A stretch of DNA of 64,000 nt, from IMG/VR virus record IMGVR_UViG_3300022935_000005, positions 216,914-280,913 of that record. One strand, 5' to 3'. Under the pieces are notes generated by a model. That model saw only the letters and a list, made by a program, of their open reading frames with translations. It did no database searches and was not told the DNA's origin. How positions within the stretch are numbered: position 1 is the first letter of the stretch; the number at the start of each line of letters is the position of its first letter. The translations under genes were made by a program, and so were the position numbers. Shown piece after piece: positions 20,724 to 29,410 of this stretch.

Positions 20724-21215
20724 ATGATACTCACACTACAGTTACTTCTCTTTGTGGGAGGGCACGCTATTAGCGCCCTCCTTTTTTATTTTTTCCACAG
20801 GGTGATCTTTCACGGACCCTTGGCACGCTATCCAGTTTTCAAACAGTGGGCTGCCATTCACACTCGGCATCACGCTCGTCCCGGCGAACCCGGAGCATTT
20901 TTCTTCACATGGTGGGCGAATGCTGCGATCTGGGCACTCACAGCATCAGCACTTTACGCTGCCCCCGCTTTCGGAGCCGGGATGATCAGCTTCTTCTGTG
21001 TGTATGCCTACAATCACATCTCGGCGCATGCTGGCTCTCCATCACGCCAGTCCCATCACCACCTGAGCCACCACTATGTTGCTCCAAAGGCGAACTTTTC
21101 AGTATCATATCCAGCGCTCGATAAGCTCTTTGGATCATACCACCGCGTAAGCCCGGATGCGTTAGCAGCGAAAATAATAAGAGTTCAGAGAAGTGAAAAG
21201 AAAAAATGTGATTGA
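20724..21215 (+). CDS. Fatty-acid hydroxylase / sterol desaturase family membrane protein
   Basis: His boxes HRVIFHG, HTRHH, YNHISAH, HHHLSHHY; NFSVS..LDKLFGS. Confidence 0.8.
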   Translation: MILTLQLLLFVGGHAISALLFYFFHRVIFHGPLARYPVFKQWAAIHTRHHARPGEPGAFFFTWWANAAIWALTASALYAAPAFGAGMISFFCVYAYNHISAHAGSPSRQSHHHLSHHYVAPKANFSVSYPALDKLFGSYHRVSPDALAAKIIRVQRSEKKKCD

Positions 21216-21385
21216 AGCCGTGGACTTCCGTTAACTTTGCGCGGAGTCCATTATATTTAAAAGCATGGTGGGATTGCATGGTCTGAGCCCACCGTAAAAT
21301 AAAATGAGACTGGACATAAGCACTTGCCTACGCATCCTGTTGAGCCCAGTCAGATTTTCGATGATTTAGACTTAGGAGTTCCAGA

Positions 21386-21613
21386 ATGAAAATCACAAAG
21401 AACCAACTTAGAAGAATTATCCGGGAAGAGCGCGCTAAGCTTGCACGTGGCAGAGCTGTTAACGAACAGTACTCACCGGGTCCCGAGGAGCGCCGCGCAC
21501 GGTCCGCGATCGACCAGATTGTCACAGACTTTCTAGAGAGCGATGAGGGTGATCCGGCGTTAATTGCAGAGATTCTGAGAGAGATTGCCAACGACGTCGA
21601 CGAAGAAATGTAG
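21386..21613 (+). CDS. MKITK-leader protein 1
   Basis: MKITKNQLRRIIREERAKLARGRAVNE. Confidence 0.8.
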   Translation: MKITKNQLRRIIREERAKLARGRAVNEQYSPGPEERRARSAIDQIVTDFLESDEGDPALIAEILREIANDVDEEM

Positions 21614-21628
21614 TGGTCTGGGGGCGGC

Positions 21629-22165
21629 ATGAGAATCACAAAGAGACAACTTAGAAGAATTATCCGAGAAGCGATTGATGTTGTTGATAGAGACACTGGC
21701 GAAGTTATGCGCTTTTCTGATGATAGTAGCGACAGCATGGCAGATCTTCCTGAAAAAGCCTGGCCTGACCTGGTAAAGCGGCTTGGGTTGAGCCCTAAAG
21801 ACGTGGGTCTTGATGCTGCCGGTAATCAAGGATTTGAGCTAGACCAGAATGAGTTTATACGCCTTGACAACGAGACTCGTGAAAAAGCCTACAACCGTAA
21901 GATGAAAAAACAGGCAGCTGCCTACAAGGCTGATCGGGAAAGATTGGATATCGACAATCTCCTCGAGAGACTCCGCTATTGGGCACAAGACGCAGCGTCT
22001 GATTACATGGCTGACAATCCAGACACCGACCTGCAGGATATCGCCTATGACCTTGCGGACGCTTGGCAATTCGCGTTCGAAGAAGATGAACGAGAAGAAC
22101 TGTTGTGGCACTTTGACGGTGACCTTAACGACCTTAAGATTTTCGCAGCGGAGAGTATGGGATGA
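21629..22165 (+). CDS. MKITK-leader protein 2
   Basis: MRITKRQLRRIIREA. Confidence 0.8.
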   Translation: MRITKRQLRRIIREAIDVVDRDTGEVMRFSDDSSDSMADLPEKAWPDLVKRLGLSPKDVGLDAAGNQGFELDQNEFIRLDNETREKAYNRKMKKQAAAYKADRERLDIDNLLERLRYWAQDAASDYMADNPDTDLQDIAYDLADAWQFAFEEDEREELLWHFDGDLNDLKIFAAESMG

Positions 22166-22458
22166 AAATCACAAAACGTCAACTACGAAGAATCATTAAG
22201 GAAGAGAAAGCTCGCATTTTGGCTGAGCAACAACTTGATCCTCAAGTTGCCGCCCAAGCTCTTGCGGAGCTAAAGAACGATGGGTGGTTTAGTATGATAC
22301 AAACAGCGGCTACTGACGCAGCTGGTGACCTTGAGCAGCTCAGTGATCAGGTTGATGTCAAGTTAATGGACGCCGGCCTGAACGAGCTTGCCGTAGATAT
22401 CAGAAGTGTTGTTGAGCTATTGGACAAGATTAGACAAGCAGCGTACGGTCAGAGGTAA
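22162..22458 (+). CDS. MKITK-leader protein 3
   Basis: MKITKRQLRRIIKEEKARILAE. Confidence 0.8.
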   Translation: MKITKRQLRRIIKEEKARILAEQQLDPQVAAQALAELKNDGWFSMIQTAATDAAGDLEQLSDQVDVKLMDAGLNELAVDIRSVVELLDKIRQAAYGQR

Positions 22459-22563
22459 CATGATGAAAAAAAAGCTAATGGAGCTGCAAAAGCTCGCTAG
22501 AGATATTCGCGTGAATGTCCAACCGACAGCTGAGCAATCAGCAAGCAAACGAGGGAGTTTCGA

Positions 22564-23019
22564 ATGAAAATTACAAAGACGCAACTAAGACAGATTGTTA
22601 GAGAAAGCGCAGCGATGGACGATGCTGTTTATGAGGCTGGCTACAAAGACGCGATGCAAGATCGCCCACATGGTGCTAATGCAGATATGCGTGATATGGA
22701 TCCAAGATCATATGACTACGGTTTCGATAAGGGTACCGCTGACCGCATGGACATGCAGCGACCGCTTGGAACCAGAGGGTTTTACGAAGGTAAGGTGAGA
22801 ATCAAAAAGAGCGACCTTCAAAGAATCGTCAAGGAAGAGCTTATGTCTGAAGTCCGGACCGACGCGGACCTTGAAATGGACGCTATGTGGGACGAACTGT
22901 TTCAGGCACTAAAGAACAAAAGCTTCGGACTTGACCACGGTCTAGAAAGAGATGAAATTTACATCATGACAGGTGCTGCTGAGGGCATCACGGTCAAGAT
23001 AATGCGAAGAGGTCGATAA
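22564..23019 (+). CDS. MKITK-leader protein 4, with an internal second leader
   Basis: MKITKTQLRQIVRES; internal VRIKKSDLQRIVKEELMSE. Confidence 0.8.
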   Translation: MKITKTQLRQIVRESAAMDDAVYEAGYKDAMQDRPHGANADMRDMDPRSYDYGFDKGTADRMDMQRPLGTRGFYEGKVRIKKSDLQRIVKEELMSEVRTDADLEMDAMWDELFQALKNKSFGLDHGLERDEIYIMTGAAEGITVKIMRRGR

Positions 23020-23246
23020 TGCGTATTGCAAAGTCAGAGCTTAGAAGAATTATTGCAGAAGAGAGAGCAAAGCTTCAAGAACAGCGCCGCGGCCCAAGCG
23101 AAGCGCAAATAGAAGACGCCGTCTCTGGGATCGAGTTTGAGTTAAACAGACTGTATGACCAAGGGATGGATAACGCTGGCTTGCACAAAGTGCTCGACCA
23201 GATTAAGATTGACATTGACCGTGGATTTGTAGGAGAGCCAAGATGA
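23019..23246 (+). CDS. MKITK-leader protein 5
   Basis: MRIAKSELRRIIAEERAKLQE. Confidence 0.8.
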   Translation: MRIAKSELRRIIAEERAKLQEQRRGPSEAQIEDAVSGIEFELNRLYDQGMDNAGLHKVLDQIKIDIDRGFVGEPR

Positions 23247-23503
23247 AAATCACAAAGAACCAATTACGAAGAATCATCAAAGAAGAGCGTGCTAAGCTGC
23301 TCAAAGAAGGTGGATATCGTCACCCGAAAACCGGTGAGGATCTGCTTCTTATGTTAAATGACGTCGTCGACAAACTCATGGACGCTGGTATGGATTTCTA
23401 CGAGCTTGCTGATGAACTTCGAGGTTTGGCTGATGATGTGGAAAACAGCCAGCCTGAAGAGTCTCCGAAATTTATCGACATGACAGATCCAAGGGAGTTG
23501 TAA
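23243..23503 (+). CDS. MKITK-leader protein 6
   Basis: MKITKNQLRRIIKEERAKLLKE. Confidence 0.8.
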   Translation: MKITKNQLRRIIKEERAKLLKEGGYRHPKTGEDLLLMLNDVVDKLMDAGMDFYELADELRGLADDVENSQPEESPKFIDMTDPREL

Positions 23504-23892
23504 TGAAAATCACGAAGAGCCAACTAAGAAGAATCATTAAGGAAGAGAAGGCGAAGCTGCTCAAAGAGTATGGCGCTATGAACATGGAAGCCCTGAGCCC
23601 GCTGGTTCAGTTTGGACAGGCGTATGTTGGTCTCGGCGATGCAGTTCAGTCACAGCTGATTGATCTTGTCAATGCACACATCGAAGGACGCATCGAAGAC
23701 GCAGTATATGAGATGAATCCAAATGCACTTGACATGGCGTTCCAGAGATTACAGCAACCCTTATCTGCTCTAGCAAGAGCAGGTAGCGAAGACGCCGAGG
23801 AAGTGATGGATGCCATGGAGGCAGCTGCTGAAATATTCGCAGAGGGCGACGCAGAAGTGGACGCCGATGCACGAGCTGCAGGAGATATATAA
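23503..23892 (+). CDS. MKITK-leader protein 7
   Basis: MKITKSQLRRIIKEEKAKLLKE. Confidence 0.8.
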   Translation: MKITKSQLRRIIKEEKAKLLKEYGAMNMEALSPLVQFGQAYVGLGDAVQSQLIDLVNAHIEGRIEDAVYEMNPNALDMAFQRLQQPLSALARAGSEDAEEVMDAMEAAAEIFAEGDAEVDADARAAGDI

Positions 23893-23893
23893 A

Positions 23894-24211
23894 ATGAAAA
23901 TCACAAAGAACCAACTTAGAAGAATTATCAAAGAAGAGAAGACAAAACTTCTCGTTGAGATGAACGCTGTGGCAGACGCCGAGCGCTCCCTGGGTTTGTA
24001 CGCTAACGCATCCACAGTCGACAAGCTGTCTAGCGCCCTACAAAGTCTTTTGATGGAAGTCGAAACAGGTGCGATTGAAGACGGTCTTGAAGAAGATGAA
24101 GCTGAAGACATGGCAGCGAACGCTGGACTCATGGCAGTCGCTAACGCATTCCAGTCAGTGGGTATGATTGCTGAATACGACGCACTATACAGATTACTAC
24201 AGCGGGGTTAA
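23894..24211 (+). CDS. MKITK-leader protein 8
   Basis: MKITKNQLRRIIKEEKTKLLVE; likely start is the ATG at 23894, not 23810. Confidence 0.8.
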   Translation: MKITKNQLRRIIKEEKTKLLVEMNAVADAERSLGLYANASTVDKLSSALQSLLMEVETGAIEDGLEEDEAEDMAANAGLMAVANAFQSVGMIAEYDALYRLLQRG

Positions 24212-24217
24212 GACAAG

Positions 24218-24511
24218 ATGAAAATCACAAAGAACCAACTGCGAAGAATTATCAAGGAAGAGAAAGCGAAGCTTATGAACGAGCAGTTCAATTTTGCTGC
24301 TGCCGATCAAGAGATGATTAAGTGCGCTACACAGATGGGAGCTCTATTGGCAGGCCGGCCTGACGTTGCCACGGCAGTCCGTGATGCTCTAGCTGCAGGT
24401 CCTTTTAAGAAGGGAGCCGAGGCTCTTTTTAAAGCGTATGAGTCTGCACAAGCTGCTGCCGACACAGAGTACATGAGCTTTGGTGCCGGATACGATGACG
24501 ACGATTTTTAG
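24218..24511 (+). CDS. MKITK-leader protein 9
   Basis: MKITKNQLRRIIKEEKAKLMNE. Confidence 0.8.
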   Translation: MKITKNQLRRIIKEEKAKLMNEQFNFAAADQEMIKCATQMGALLAGRPDVATAVRDALAAGPFKKGAEALFKAYESAQAAADTEYMSFGAGYDDDDF

Positions 24512-24526
24512 GACTAGGAGAACAAA

Positions 24527-24988
24527 ATGAAAATCACAAAAAGACAATTACTTAGAATAATCAGAGAAGAAAAGGCCCGCATCGCTGAGCAGACTGTAGG
24601 TGTTGAAGACGTTTCTCAGTCAGAGGATGCGTTCGGTGGTGGAGACGTCGAGGAGGAGATCTTTGTCGATGCAGATGCCGATTCTTTACTGAACCAGAAC
24701 GATGATCCCGGTGAGGTTACCGACATCGAGGTCATACCTGAGCGTGTACGTTTGAAGAGACACCTCCGCAAGATTGTGTCAGAAGTTGCTGGCGGTGGTG
24801 GAGCGCTTCCTCCCGTTGATGACCTCGCTACTAAGCTTGCTAGTGTTGGATCTGAAGAAGCTCTTGACTTTATCCAGCGTGTTCTTGCCGCTATGTCGCG
24901 TAAAGCTGGCGCCTCGGCGGCTCCCGCTGAAGATGCAGTGGTAGAACCACCGGCTCCAATGCCCCCGGTTCCTGACGAAGAAGTTTAA
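24527..24988 (+). CDS. MKITK-leader protein 10, with an internal leader-like segment
   Basis: MKITKRQLLRIIREEKARIAE; internal VRLKRHLRKIVSE. Confidence 0.8.
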   Translation: MKITKRQLLRIIREEKARIAEQTVGVEDVSQSEDAFGGGDVEEEIFVDADADSLLNQNDDPGEVTDIEVIPERVRLKRHLRKIVSEVAGGGGALPPVDDLATKLASVGSEEALDFIQRVLAAMSRKAGASAAPAEDAVVEPPAPMPPVPDEEV

Positions 24989-25012
24989 TTAGCTAGAAGA
25001 GGAGGATGCCTC

Positions 25013-25777
25013 ATGGAAAGCAAAAGCTTACGTCTTATAAGACAACTTATACGCGAATCTCTCCTCGCTGAAGGTGTCTATGATCCGGGGGTCCTGAAAG
25101 CTGTTTTTATGGCTGGCGGACCAGGAAGTGGAAAAAGCTTCACTGCTAAGAAGATCTTTGGTGTACCGAGAGAAGTTGCAGCATACGCGACAGGTACTGC
25201 TAGCGGCTTGAAGCTTGTCAATTCAGATCCAGCATTTGAACATTTCCTCAAGAAAGCGGGTATCGATCCTGCTAGCCTTGGAAAGATGTCAAAAGAGGAG
25301 TTCGAAGCTGTAACAGTCGGACCCGATAGTCCACGTGGTAAGGCAAAGACTCTCAGGGGCCAAGCTCAAGAACTATATCAGGGCGGCCGACTAGGGCTAG
25401 TCATCGACGGCACTGGAGACGACTTTGAAAAGATTAGTCGGAAGAAAGGTGAGCTTGAAAAGCTTGGGTACGATACCTACATGATTTTCGTCAACACCTC
25501 AGAAGAAGTGGCACTACAAAGAAACAGAGATCGTGAACGCAAGCTTCCTGACGAACTCGTATCTCAGATCTGGGGTGATGTCCAAAAGAACCTCGGCGCG
25601 TTTCAACAACTCTTCGGTTCTGACCGCATCGCGATTATTGACAATACAGAGTACGGTCCAGTTCCAGAAAAAGTCCAGAAAGCCGTTGACAAGTTCATCT
25701 CTCAACCAGTTAAGAATATCATCGGTAAGAAGTGGATTGAGAACGAGCTTCGTATGAAAGACCGCTCTGACAAATAA
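25013..25777 (+). CDS. P-loop kinase (zeta-toxin/AAA_33-like) with leader-like N-terminus
   Basis: KAVFMAGGPGSGKSF, LVNSD..FE, GLVIDGTG, MIFVNTS.EVALQRN..R.R; N-terminus LRLIRQLIRESLLAE. Confidence 0.8.
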   Translation: MESKSLRLIRQLIRESLLAEGVYDPGVLKAVFMAGGPGSGKSFTAKKIFGVPREVAAYATGTASGLKLVNSDPAFEHFLKKAGIDPASLGKMSKEEFEAVTVGPDSPRGKAKTLRGQAQELYQGGRLGLVIDGTGDDFEKISRKKGELEKLGYDTYMIFVNTSEEVALQRNRDRERKLPDELVSQIWGDVQKNLGAFQQLFGSDRIAIIDNTEYGPVPEKVQKAVDKFISQPVKNIIGKKWIENELRMKDRSDK

Positions 25778-25795
25778 ATAACCAATAATTTTGAA

Positions 25796-25828
25796 AATCG
25801 TGCAATTGACTGCTCCCTGTGGTATAAT
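25796..25828 (+). promoter_or_regulatory. Repeated promoter copy
   Basis: AATCGTGCAA-N17-TATAAT. Confidence 0.75.
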
Positions 25829-25881
25829 AAGAATGTAAGAGGGTAGGGGAAATGGTTCCCCACCTAACCATAGGAGTCAAC

Positions 25882-26697
25882 ATGCCCCGTAAGTCCCGCA
25901 CTCTTCGTCTTCAGCAGGCTCAAGCCCTCGAGGCTGCGTGGGCAAAGTCTCCCTTCATCAACGACTACCGCCACCGGTTCATCCGTGATATGATCGCTCG
26001 GCTCGAGCGTGATCGCGGTACATCCACCAAGCAGCGAAACTGGCTGGACACTCTCATCGAGGAGGGCGTCCCGGTTGTCGAGAACAAGAACCCCGAGCTC
26101 ACGGCGCAGATTGATGCTGCCATTGCGGCTTTCGCCGCAGCTGGCACTTCCTACGACTGGGAGCACAACGTCCTCGTCGACATGCGACCTCGAGTTCTTC
26201 TCGGTAAGTCGATGTCGGAAAAGCAGATGGGCCTTCTTACTCGGCTCTGCTTTGACGGCGAGCAGCTCGCGAAGGGTAACGTCTGGACACCAGACGAAGA
26301 AACAATCGAACAACTCAAGAACGCCGTACGCCTCTACAAGGGTTACGCCGTGCAGTGGCGGGCAGAGCGCCCAGCGGTTTTCCGAGCTGTCACCGATGTC
26401 GAAAACTTCCTAAACCTGGGTGATCAGCTCAAAGCAGCCGCGGCCGATAAGCTCCTCAATGCTGTTTCTGGCAAGCTCAAGAAGGTCAATAAGCCTCGCT
26501 TCAAGACTGGAGACGTTGGCAAGAAAACCGTGACCAAATGGAACCCGTCCACCCACCGCCACGAAGCTGTTGAAACCCAGCGCCTTGTCTGCGTGAGTGA
26601 TGTGTATGTCACTAAAGACGGGTTGATCGTCAATGACTGGCTACTCCCCACTGGTGAGTTCAAGACTATTGCTGCTGAGCAGGTGGCAAAGCGATGA
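25882..26697 (+). CDS. Hypothetical protein
   Basis: AGGAG RBS; internal repeats of S.KQ..WL/SEKQMGLL; C-terminal RFKTGDV barrel-like segment. Confidence 0.6.
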   Translation: MPRKSRTLRLQQAQALEAAWAKSPFINDYRHRFIRDMIARLERDRGTSTKQRNWLDTLIEEGVPVVENKNPELTAQIDAAIAAFAAAGTSYDWEHNVLVDMRPRVLLGKSMSEKQMGLLTRLCFDGEQLAKGNVWTPDEETIEQLKNAVRLYKGYAVQWRAERPAVFRAVTDVENFLNLGDQLKAAAADKLLNAVSGKLKKVNKPRFKTGDVGKKTVTKWNPSTHRHEAVETQRLVCVSDVYVTKDGLIVNDWLLPTGEFKTIAAEQVAKR

Positions 26698-27501
26698 ATA
26701 AAAGCCAGCTCAATTGGTATGTCGGCAAAGTTGTCTATGATCACGCGTACTTCAAGACTGGTCTTGTGATTCGTACTCCCGCTAGCTGGACAGATACTGA
26801 TGGTCAAGACCATGCTTGGGATTTCGATATCTTGTACGAAGATGGTGAACTCGGGCAAGCTGATCTAGATGAGCTAGAGGTGGTAAATGCCGAAACTCAA
26901 GAAGGGTGATCTGGTCCGGCTTAAAGGCGATTGGACACCTGAAGATGAATACTACAAACCAATGCTCGTTGTTGGTACATTCACTCGAAACAAGAGAGAA
27001 GGACAATGGGTTGTGTGCTTACGAGGCGAAGAAACCATATCGTATACTGCGCTGATGCTGGATAAAGTAGGAGATGACAATGACTGACAAGTGGCCACAA
27101 TGCTGGGACTGCGGCGACGAGTTCAATCCGAAGAGAAAAGCTCTTGGATACGAGCACTGCCTTAGCTGTGGAGACGATTACGCTCAGAAAGAGGCGATCA
27201 GAAAAAGTAAGTGCACGGCCCCAGCTTATAATAAAGGTAACTATGTGTACATCAGTTCTAAAGCTGACGCTAGAGATATTGGGAGGTAGAAATGGGATTT
27301 GAAGTCGGTGATACAGTCATGTGGACAGACACAGAGTCACCCTACTCTAAGTGGTTCTATAGCCAGATAGGTGTAATTAAGAACATCACCAACGGTCACT
27401 GTAGGGTAAACTGGCTCTTTCCAGTGAAGTATTACAACACATACGTAAAGTCTAGCGATTTTGGGTTAGTGCACTTTTCAAAGCCGCAGATGAAAAGCTA
27501 G
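26694..27501 (+). CDS. Four small ORFs (26694-26909, 26887-27087, 27074-27289 Zn-finger CxxC...CxxC, 27292-27501)
   Basis: Overlapping; LKKGDLVRL and FEVGDTVMW starts; CWDC/CLSC pairs. Confidence 0.6.
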
Positions 27502-27532
27502 TACTTCGAAACTATTATTTTAAGGGGGCGTC

Positions 27533-27682
27533 ATGAAAACAAAGAACCAGAAAAAGTTGTTTAAGACACGGAACTGGCTTGCTGTCACCGCGCACTTTAA
27601 GACCGGTGCTGGTCATCATGGCGACAAGAACAAGTACAGCCGTAAGAAGAAGCATAAGAAATCACTAGCAGGAGATGAATAA
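27533..27682 (+). CDS. Very basic 49-aa protein, weakly ArfA-like
   Basis: Hand translation MKTKNQKKLFKTRNWLAVTAHFKTGAGHHGDKNKYSRKKKHKKSLAGDE; GGGGG RBS; next ORF starts at 27683. Confidence 0.45.
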   Translation: MKTKNQKKLFKTRNWLAVTAHFKTGAGHHGDKNKYSRKKKHKKSLAGDE

Positions 27683-28021
27683 ATGTACGTTACTGAAATC
27701 ATACGTATTGAGTCTTGTCGGTCCATTGGACCTATTTTTTTCTCTGGAGAACTTGCGTCATCGCAGTTTAGGGAAGTAAGTGATGCTCGAAAAGCCGCTA
27801 GAGACTGGTGCGAAAAGAATAGTGTTGATATGGATACGATCAAGATCGTCAGTAGCATCGTGGGGTGCTTATGATCGAACTGATACCTGTCGTAGCAATC
27901 ACCGCTCTCGTTTACATCATAGCTCGTACTGTTAGTTACGCTGAAGCAAGTCACAAAGCTGCGCAAAAAGAAAAGCTGGAACAAGAGCGAAAAAAGCGAA
28001 TCGCTGAGCTTTACGGAAGAT

Positions 28022-28055
28022 AATCGTGCAAGCACAGGTCAAACTGTTGTATAAT
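28022..28055 (+). promoter_or_regulatory. Repeated promoter copy
   Basis: AATCGTGCAA-N18-TATAAT. Confidence 0.75.
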
Positions 28056-28218
28056 ATAAATGTTGGTAAGGAGGTCAATTGGAAAACTTGACGAACATTG
28101 AGAACTGGATTATCGTTGGAAAAGCAATGATTCAGATCACTTACAACTTTTGGCCCTGTGTTGCTCTGTTCATGGGGTATTGTGTGTACGAAACTTTTTT
28201 TATGAAGGAAGAGCGATA

Positions 28219-29051
28219 ATGAAGTACGAGACTTTGGTAAAGAAACTTAAGAAACGACTTGGTGAAGACATCGATATTCAAGTTGGTGAATACAAGGATT
28301 TCCTTGTCTACGGGGGTAGAGTCCTCTCTTGGCGGAAGGACATCGATGGTCAAGTCCGAGGGTTTCACACAAAAGGCGTCGGCCAGGAGTCTTGTCCACA
28401 CACTGATTATTATCCGGGAACGTGGTGGGATAACGCAACACAGATGATCGACAGCGTCTGCCCACCACCTCCGAAGTTTGTTCCAGGACAGTACGTCCGA
28501 TTCAAAGACAACAAGCGAAATCAACGCGCAGGTCTAGTCGGTAAGTCAGACTTGGTGGTTGAAGCTAAAAGTAAGTATTCAGTCACTTTGATGAATATGT
28601 CTACTAGCACCCATCCAGTCTGGGGTCAGCAAACAATCGTTTTCAATGAAAGAGATCTAGAGCTAGTAAGCTAGAAGGGAAAATAATGGCCTTCGCGGTT
28701 AAGAACAACAAGGGTGATATCGACAAACGGAAGACAAACACTCTTGCGAAACAACTAGAAAAGTCTTGCAAGAATATTAATAAGACAGTCTTGAAAGAGG
28801 TTACTACATTCAAGAAGATGGCCGAAGAGTTCGAGGTTGATGATTCTTTCTGGCGTGCGGCAGCTCACCGAGCGATGCTTACGCTACACAAAGACAATAT
28901 GGATGTCTGGCTGTCTGCCGAGTTTGGTGATCTCTTTGGTAATGCAGATTTGCATAATCCAACCAACATTAACAGCTGGGTCGACATCGAGAGGCTAGAA
29001 AGCGCTCGACAGAAATGGGAAGAAAAACAAAAGAAGAAGGAGAACAAATGA
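28219..29051 (+). CDS. Two hypothetical ORFs (about 28219-28674, 28686-29051)
   Basis: The first has a C-terminal FVPGQYVRF barrel-like domain. Confidence 0.55.
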
Positions 29052-29410
29052 AGAAGTATCACACGTATTTTTTTGATATCGATGGAACGATTTTCGTATA
29101 TCGAAAGTTTGAGACATACGGAGATTCGCCTGCGGTGCTGACCCCAGGAGCCCTTGAGAAGCTTCGAGAGATCAAGGATGCTGGTCACACCATCATTCTT
29201 ACTACAGCCCGGCCAGAAGAGCTCCGCGACCTTACAGTGGTAGAGTTGAGAGGTGCCGGAGTTCCTTACGACCAGCTGGTAATGGGACTAGCTCGAGGGC
29301 CCCGCCATCTTGTGAATGATATGTCGCCGAATGAACCGGGTGAGAGGGCCACTGGCTGGAACCTAACCAGAGATGAAGGTCTTGAAAAAATTGAAGTTGT
29401 TAGAGTCTAA
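29048..29410 (+). CDS. HAD-superfamily phosphatase (PNK/Pnk phosphatase-domain-like)
   Basis: FFDIDGTI motif I, IILTTARP motif II, YDQLVMG...VND. Confidence 0.8.
   Translation: MKKYHTYFFDIDGTIFVYRKFETYGDSPAVLTPGALEKLREIKDAGHTIILTTARPEELRDLTVVELRGAGVPYDQLVMGLARGPRHLVNDMSPNEPGERATGWNLTRDEGLEKIEVVRV

Noticed and set aside
21386-24988. Repeated ATGAAAATCACAAAG... starts as a CRISPR-like array or DGR
   Set aside because: The repeats vary mainly at synonymous positions and are coding, the intervening sequences are ORFs, and there is no cas or reverse transcriptase gene and no adenine-specific TR/VR pattern.
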